Assembly: GCA_026936335.1 (NCBI GenBank)
Contig: JAPMXV010000052.1
Span: forward strand, 1-64,000
Reading direction: 5' to 3'
Source: Mantamonas sphyraenae STR306
Taxonomy: Eukaryota > Protista > CRuMs
DNA: 64,000 bases
Each line of letters begins with the position of its first letter. Within the stretch, counting starts at the first letter, position 1. Below, piece by piece: positions 59,701 to 64,000 of this stretch. The notes under the pieces were generated by a model. It was not told the origin of the DNA. It made no database searches and was given only the letters and a program-made list of their open reading frames with translations. Both the position numbers and the translations under genes were made by a program.

Positions 59701-62700
59701 AAATGCGGCGCTCTGCGCGTCTCGCCGCTGTTGCCACTCTTCCTCCGAGCTGAATTTGTTGCGGTCGCCAAAGAAGGTCTCGTCAACGTTGTCGGTGATG
59801 ATGTTCAACCACTGGCTTGCCTCCCAATCCTCGACATACTGCACCAGGACGGCGTGCGGCACCAGCGTCTCCTCCACGGCGTCCTCGCCTGCGCTGATGC
59901 TCAGCTCACCTACCGAGCGCAGCAGCTGTCGCACACAGCGCGTCGCAGGGCTCACTTCTTCACCGCTGTCATTGTTGTTGTTGTTGTTGCTGCTGCTGCT
60001 GCTGCTGCTTGCAGACTTGCCCTTGCCGCTCGCTGTGTCTTGTTTCGATGGCGAGCCGTACACGTGTGCAAGTGCGTCAAACGAGAGCATGGGGAGGATG
60101 TAACGCGCCAGATGGAGCACCATGCGCTGCACACGTGGCGAAAGGATATATGCGCTACAGAGCGACAGCAGCTGGGTGATGGCACGCCCGACCTTGCTGT
60201 GCGGGTCTTTGACGGCCCGCGCCATAGCCGCACAACCCTTAACGTGGTCCAGCAGAGACAACAAAGCGTAGAGTTCGCCGTCGTCCACGGCGGACGTGAT
60301 AAGCGGATTGGTCGAACCGCTGCTGGCCAACGAGGAAGACGACGATGACGACGACGACGACCCATCGTCGCTGCCAGACTGCGCCTGCACGGTGGTGTCG
60401 TACACCGTGAGCAGATTCTCGGCAAGGAGGTCAAACACAAGGTCTTGCAGATCATCCAAGGAGCCTGACGCGTCAGCCGGTGCCGAATCTGCATTCCACC
60501 ACAGCACTTTGACCGTGAGGAGGCGATACGCGTCCCAGCCTGCACGTTGCAACACACGTTCTTCCATATGTTGCTCACCTGTGCGCGTGAGCTCACGCAC
60601 GGTGTGGTCCTTGTCGCCGGCCTGCGTAAATTCGCGCGAGAGGAGGCTCTTGAGCATGGCAAACACGTTTGTGTTCTTGAGCAGCGTGTGGTCGCTGCTG
60701 CGGTAGCCCATGCCGCAGGCAGAAAGGGCCAGGATGCGCGAAGCGATATCCGTGTCTGTTTGCAGGCAGTGCATGACGCGTTCCACAAGCGTGGTGAAAT
60801 TGAACGCCACACGGTAGCTCAAATCCGAACCGCACGTCTCGACCCCTTCGAGGTAGTGCGGGTTGGTCAGCTTGTCTGCAGCACCGCTTGGTTGGTCTGC
60901 GACGGCGCCGTTGTTTGCAACTGCGTCAAACTCGTCCGGCGCGGTTGCAAACTGGCCTGTGCACAGGGCGCGGCTGACGGCATCGAGAAGGTGGTGGCGC
61001 ACAGTGACAAACTCGGTGCGGTCGAGCAGCGTGCCCAACTGTTGCAAGCCCTGCACACGTGCACGTGCACGTGTGTGCTGGCGTGCCATGATGTCCAGCA
61101 ATGTGTCGGGCACCACGCGGCTGCGCGTGAATGCGAGCACCAGGTCCACGTAGTCGATGGGTTGCTGCGGGGTGTTTGCGTTGCCGCCAAGCAAATCGGT
61201 AATGGCCCCATCGTTGCTGACGCGATCACGCCACTCTTGGTACGTGCTGAGCTTGCGTCGAAGCAGGTCGACGCGGGCGCTGAGTTTCTTGTACTGTTTC
61301 TCCTTCTTGTTGGCCTGAAGGGCCTTTGCAAAGCCAGCCTCGGTCATGGGAATCTGTTCAGAGATGGTGCGCTGCAAGCCGAGGCGACTGGCTGTGCTCG
61401 CCGAGGCCGGACCAGATGAAAGCAGAAACTCGTCACCTGTTGCCAGGTCGGCGCTGCCTGTGCGGTCCAGGGCCGATTCTGTGACGCCTCCCGGAGCCAG
61501 TGAGCCGTTTGAGCCTGCGCCTGCGTCGCTGCCTTCTGTGTGGGCACCATCTGCGCCATTGGACGAGGACAATGCGCGTTCGGCGGGATCGTCGCTCTGC
61601 GAGGCGGCAGCTGCTGTGGCCAATGCCGACGGACGCACCTGGAGCAACACACGGGCGCGAGCCACCATATGTTTGGCCAGCATGTCATACTCGTTGCTGG
61701 GCGCATCCGCACGCAGCGTATCGTCTGCCTGCGCGGCAATGTCTGCCTGCAAACGTGCGTACAGAGCATCGAACGTCTGTGTGATGCTGGTGGGGTCGTA
61801 GGCGACGTTGGCAAGGTCGCACCATGTCTTGACACGTGTGGTCTGCTTGCTGTTCTTGTTGAAAAAGTCGCGCTCATCCTGCAGCGCCTCTCGCACACAC
61901 AGGAGCCACTCCTTTGCGTGCGGCGCCTTGCTCGTCATGTGCGAGCGCACCTTGCGGAACACCTGAGCGCCAATGTCGCTTAATTTACGCATGACGTTCT
62001 CCTGGCTTGGCGTCAGCGCGCGGTCGGCATGCAACGTGCGTGCAATGGCCAACGCCTGCGTGCCAAACCCAGACACATGCACAGTTGCAGCCAGCAGCGC
62101 ACACACAGCTGCGTCGCGAGACGGCTGCATTTTGCGGTTGTCGCGAGGACGCGGACGAGGAAGCATGGCCTGCAGCAGCGTGTTTGCTTCTTCAGACGAC
62201 GCGCCGTCAAAGAGATCTTGCATGAACAGGTCGGTGTCACTGCCACGCGGCTGCTGCTGCTGCTGCTGCTGTGTTTGGCCACCCTCCTGTGCGCCCGCGT
62301 TCAGCTTGGATTTCCCTCCGGGTTTCATGGGCGTGAGGCCAGATCCAACCGCGCTCGGATCCAACGTTTTCAGCCCGCCACGCAGAAGGGGACCCTCCAA
62401 CAGACCCGTCAGGGAGCGCTCCTCCTGGGTCACGCGTGGGCCCTGGATGGAACATGCGGCCAAGTGTGCGCCGAGCATGGCAATGGTATGCTGGGCGTCG
62501 AGCAGGGTAGGGCAGCGAATGTCCTCTGCGCTGTCCAACGGCCAAATGGTTGCCTTGACGCCCCACCGCGTGCCTGTGCGGTTGCTCTGATCAACCGAGT
62601 CAGCACTGAAGTACATGATGACGGTGTCGCCCGGCACAATGACGGGTTTGGTGGGCCAACGGCTGTCACGGCCGCGCGGTCCATGGTAGTCGGCGTAGTA

Positions 62701-63298
62701 CACGGTGTTCTTTGTGTACAGGGTGACGCGGTCCGAGGAATTGACAGTGGTGCAGTTGGGATCAAAGTAAATCACCATGGCCTTTGCGCCGGGCACCACA
62801 CACGTCTCCTTGATGAGCTGACTGCCCTTGGAGTACGGATGGTGGGACTCGGCCACAGTCACCTGCTTGCTGGAAAACAGCGGCTGCGCAGCAAGGGCGC
62901 GTTCAAACTGCACCACTTCGTCCACACTGGCGTTGACGAGCTCCAGATTGGTCAGCAGTTTGACGAGCGACGGCATGATGACCGTGCTGATGTCGCTCAC
63001 GTGTTCGCGCATGCTGCTGCTGGCCAGCACGGCACCGACCGTCGGCAGCAGCAGGCCAAGGATCGAGTTGCGTGCTGCTGTCTCCAAGCCCGTGAAAGTG
63101 CTTTTCTCCTGTACCAGCCAGTGTTCCACGAGTTCGTTGCACTCGTTGATCAGAGCAAGGAAGTATGCGTTGACTTCGTCCACGACCACCTTGTCCAGGG
63201 CGGGTCCGTACTCCCCTTCTCCTTCCCCGCCTTGATCGTCGTGCTGCTGCTCTGTGTTGGCACTCTCACTATCGGCATCGTCACTGCTGCTACTGCTA

Positions 63299-63331
<33 letters not shown>

Positions 63332-64000
63332 CTGCTGCTGCTGCTGCTGCCGCCGCTGGAAGCCGCTGCGTCGACCGCTTCGTCGGTGCTTCCTTGCTGC
63401 TTCTCGGCCGTCGTGTTGTGGTAGTGCACAAAGTCAGCCAAGATGGCGTGCTGAAGGGTCAGGGTCAGGCGCATGAGCGGAGACACGTGGTGCTTGATGT
63501 GGTCCATGTTGGCCGTGGCCGGCTTGTCCTGACGTGCAGCAACTCCCTTGCGCTTCTCGGCCTCGCGCTTCTTGCGCAGGCGCTTCTGTTCACGCTTGCT
63601 CAGCTGCTTGGGGGCGTTCTGCGAAACCGGGTTGGGCACAGCCACGTCGAGGTTCTCCTGCTGGTACTGGCGCAGGCGTGCGAGCAGACGCATGATGAGA
63701 CCGCCGTGCAAGTCGCGTTGCCCTCCTGCGGTCCAAAACACAAACTCGGGTCCTAGGATGTGACTCTGGCTGGCCAGCGAGCGCACAAACACCTGCGTGA
63801 ACCACTGTTCGATGTCGCCCTGCACCATTCCTTGGCGCTGGACGGCAGCAAACGACTGGTCGTCCTCGAGACGTTGCCACAGCAGTTCGGCCTTGTCGGC
63901 GTCGCTCGGGTAGAAGATGTTTGCGGCGTCAAGGAGACAGCGTGCGGCCTGGACGCGCAGAGCCACAGGCAGCGCGTCGCTCTGGTACAGCTGCACGAGT
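53737..64000 (-). CDS. Giant HECT E3 ubiquitin ligase (HECTD4/HERC-like), 5' end outside the window
   Basis: Uninterrupted ORF of more than 3400 codons. HECT domain GESGPYRQF...FLRFAWAQERLP...LPRADTCFFNLELPAY with the catalytic Cys; ESHHPY CUB-like module. Confidence 0.93.

Noticed and set aside
1-64000. Alternative genetic code or systematic programmed frameshifting
   Set aside because: TGA, TAG and TAA all end genes, and conserved domains have no in-frame stops. The four indel sites share no motif or direction and fit consensus errors.
1-64000. tRNA, rRNA, CRISPR arrays, transposases
   Set aside because: None recognised by eye. A covariance-model scan would be needed to exclude small RNAs.

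Overview
This is the left end of a linear chromosome from a GC-rich, flagellated unicellular eukaryote using the standard genetic code. It opens with a (CCCTAA)n telomere (1-165). About 21 tightly packed protein-coding genes follow, most with short GT-AG spliceosomal introns (CTRAC/CTCAC branch point, often a CACAG acceptor) clustered near the 5' ends. In order: a subtelomeric gene made of an unrecognised 4x repeat domain, a bacterial-type VOC/glyoxalase, CCDC180, a half-size TMEM135, a Sos7/Zwint kinetochore protein, a bacterial-type GT4 glycosyltransferase, a CRT-like transporter, a sphingoid-base-phosphate phosphatase, a giant axonemal-dynein-light-chain-domain protein, IFT144, a membrane-anchored TPR protein, NDUFAF7, NOT2, IMP4, a Glo3-type ArfGAP, a DEG/ENaC-like two-TM protein, a 4-BRCT protein, a class I PI3K, a 14-repeat surface protein, cathepsin B, and a giant HECT E3 (5' end outside the window). 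The most striking signal is gene architecture. CDS-to-CDS gaps are mostly under 150 nt. All four co-oriented junctions whose upstream gene ends in TGA have a prokaryote-style NTGA stop/start overlap (3 ATGA, 1 TTGA) in frame with the downstream gene. Two divergent pairs share a CATG palindrome as a possible double start codon, and one convergent pair overlaps. A recurrent AATGAA(C) after stop codons looks like a non-canonical poly(A) signal, and a transcription-independent C/G skew runs from the telomere. All gene models were built by hand from the sequence. Family assignments come from motif recognition, not database searches.
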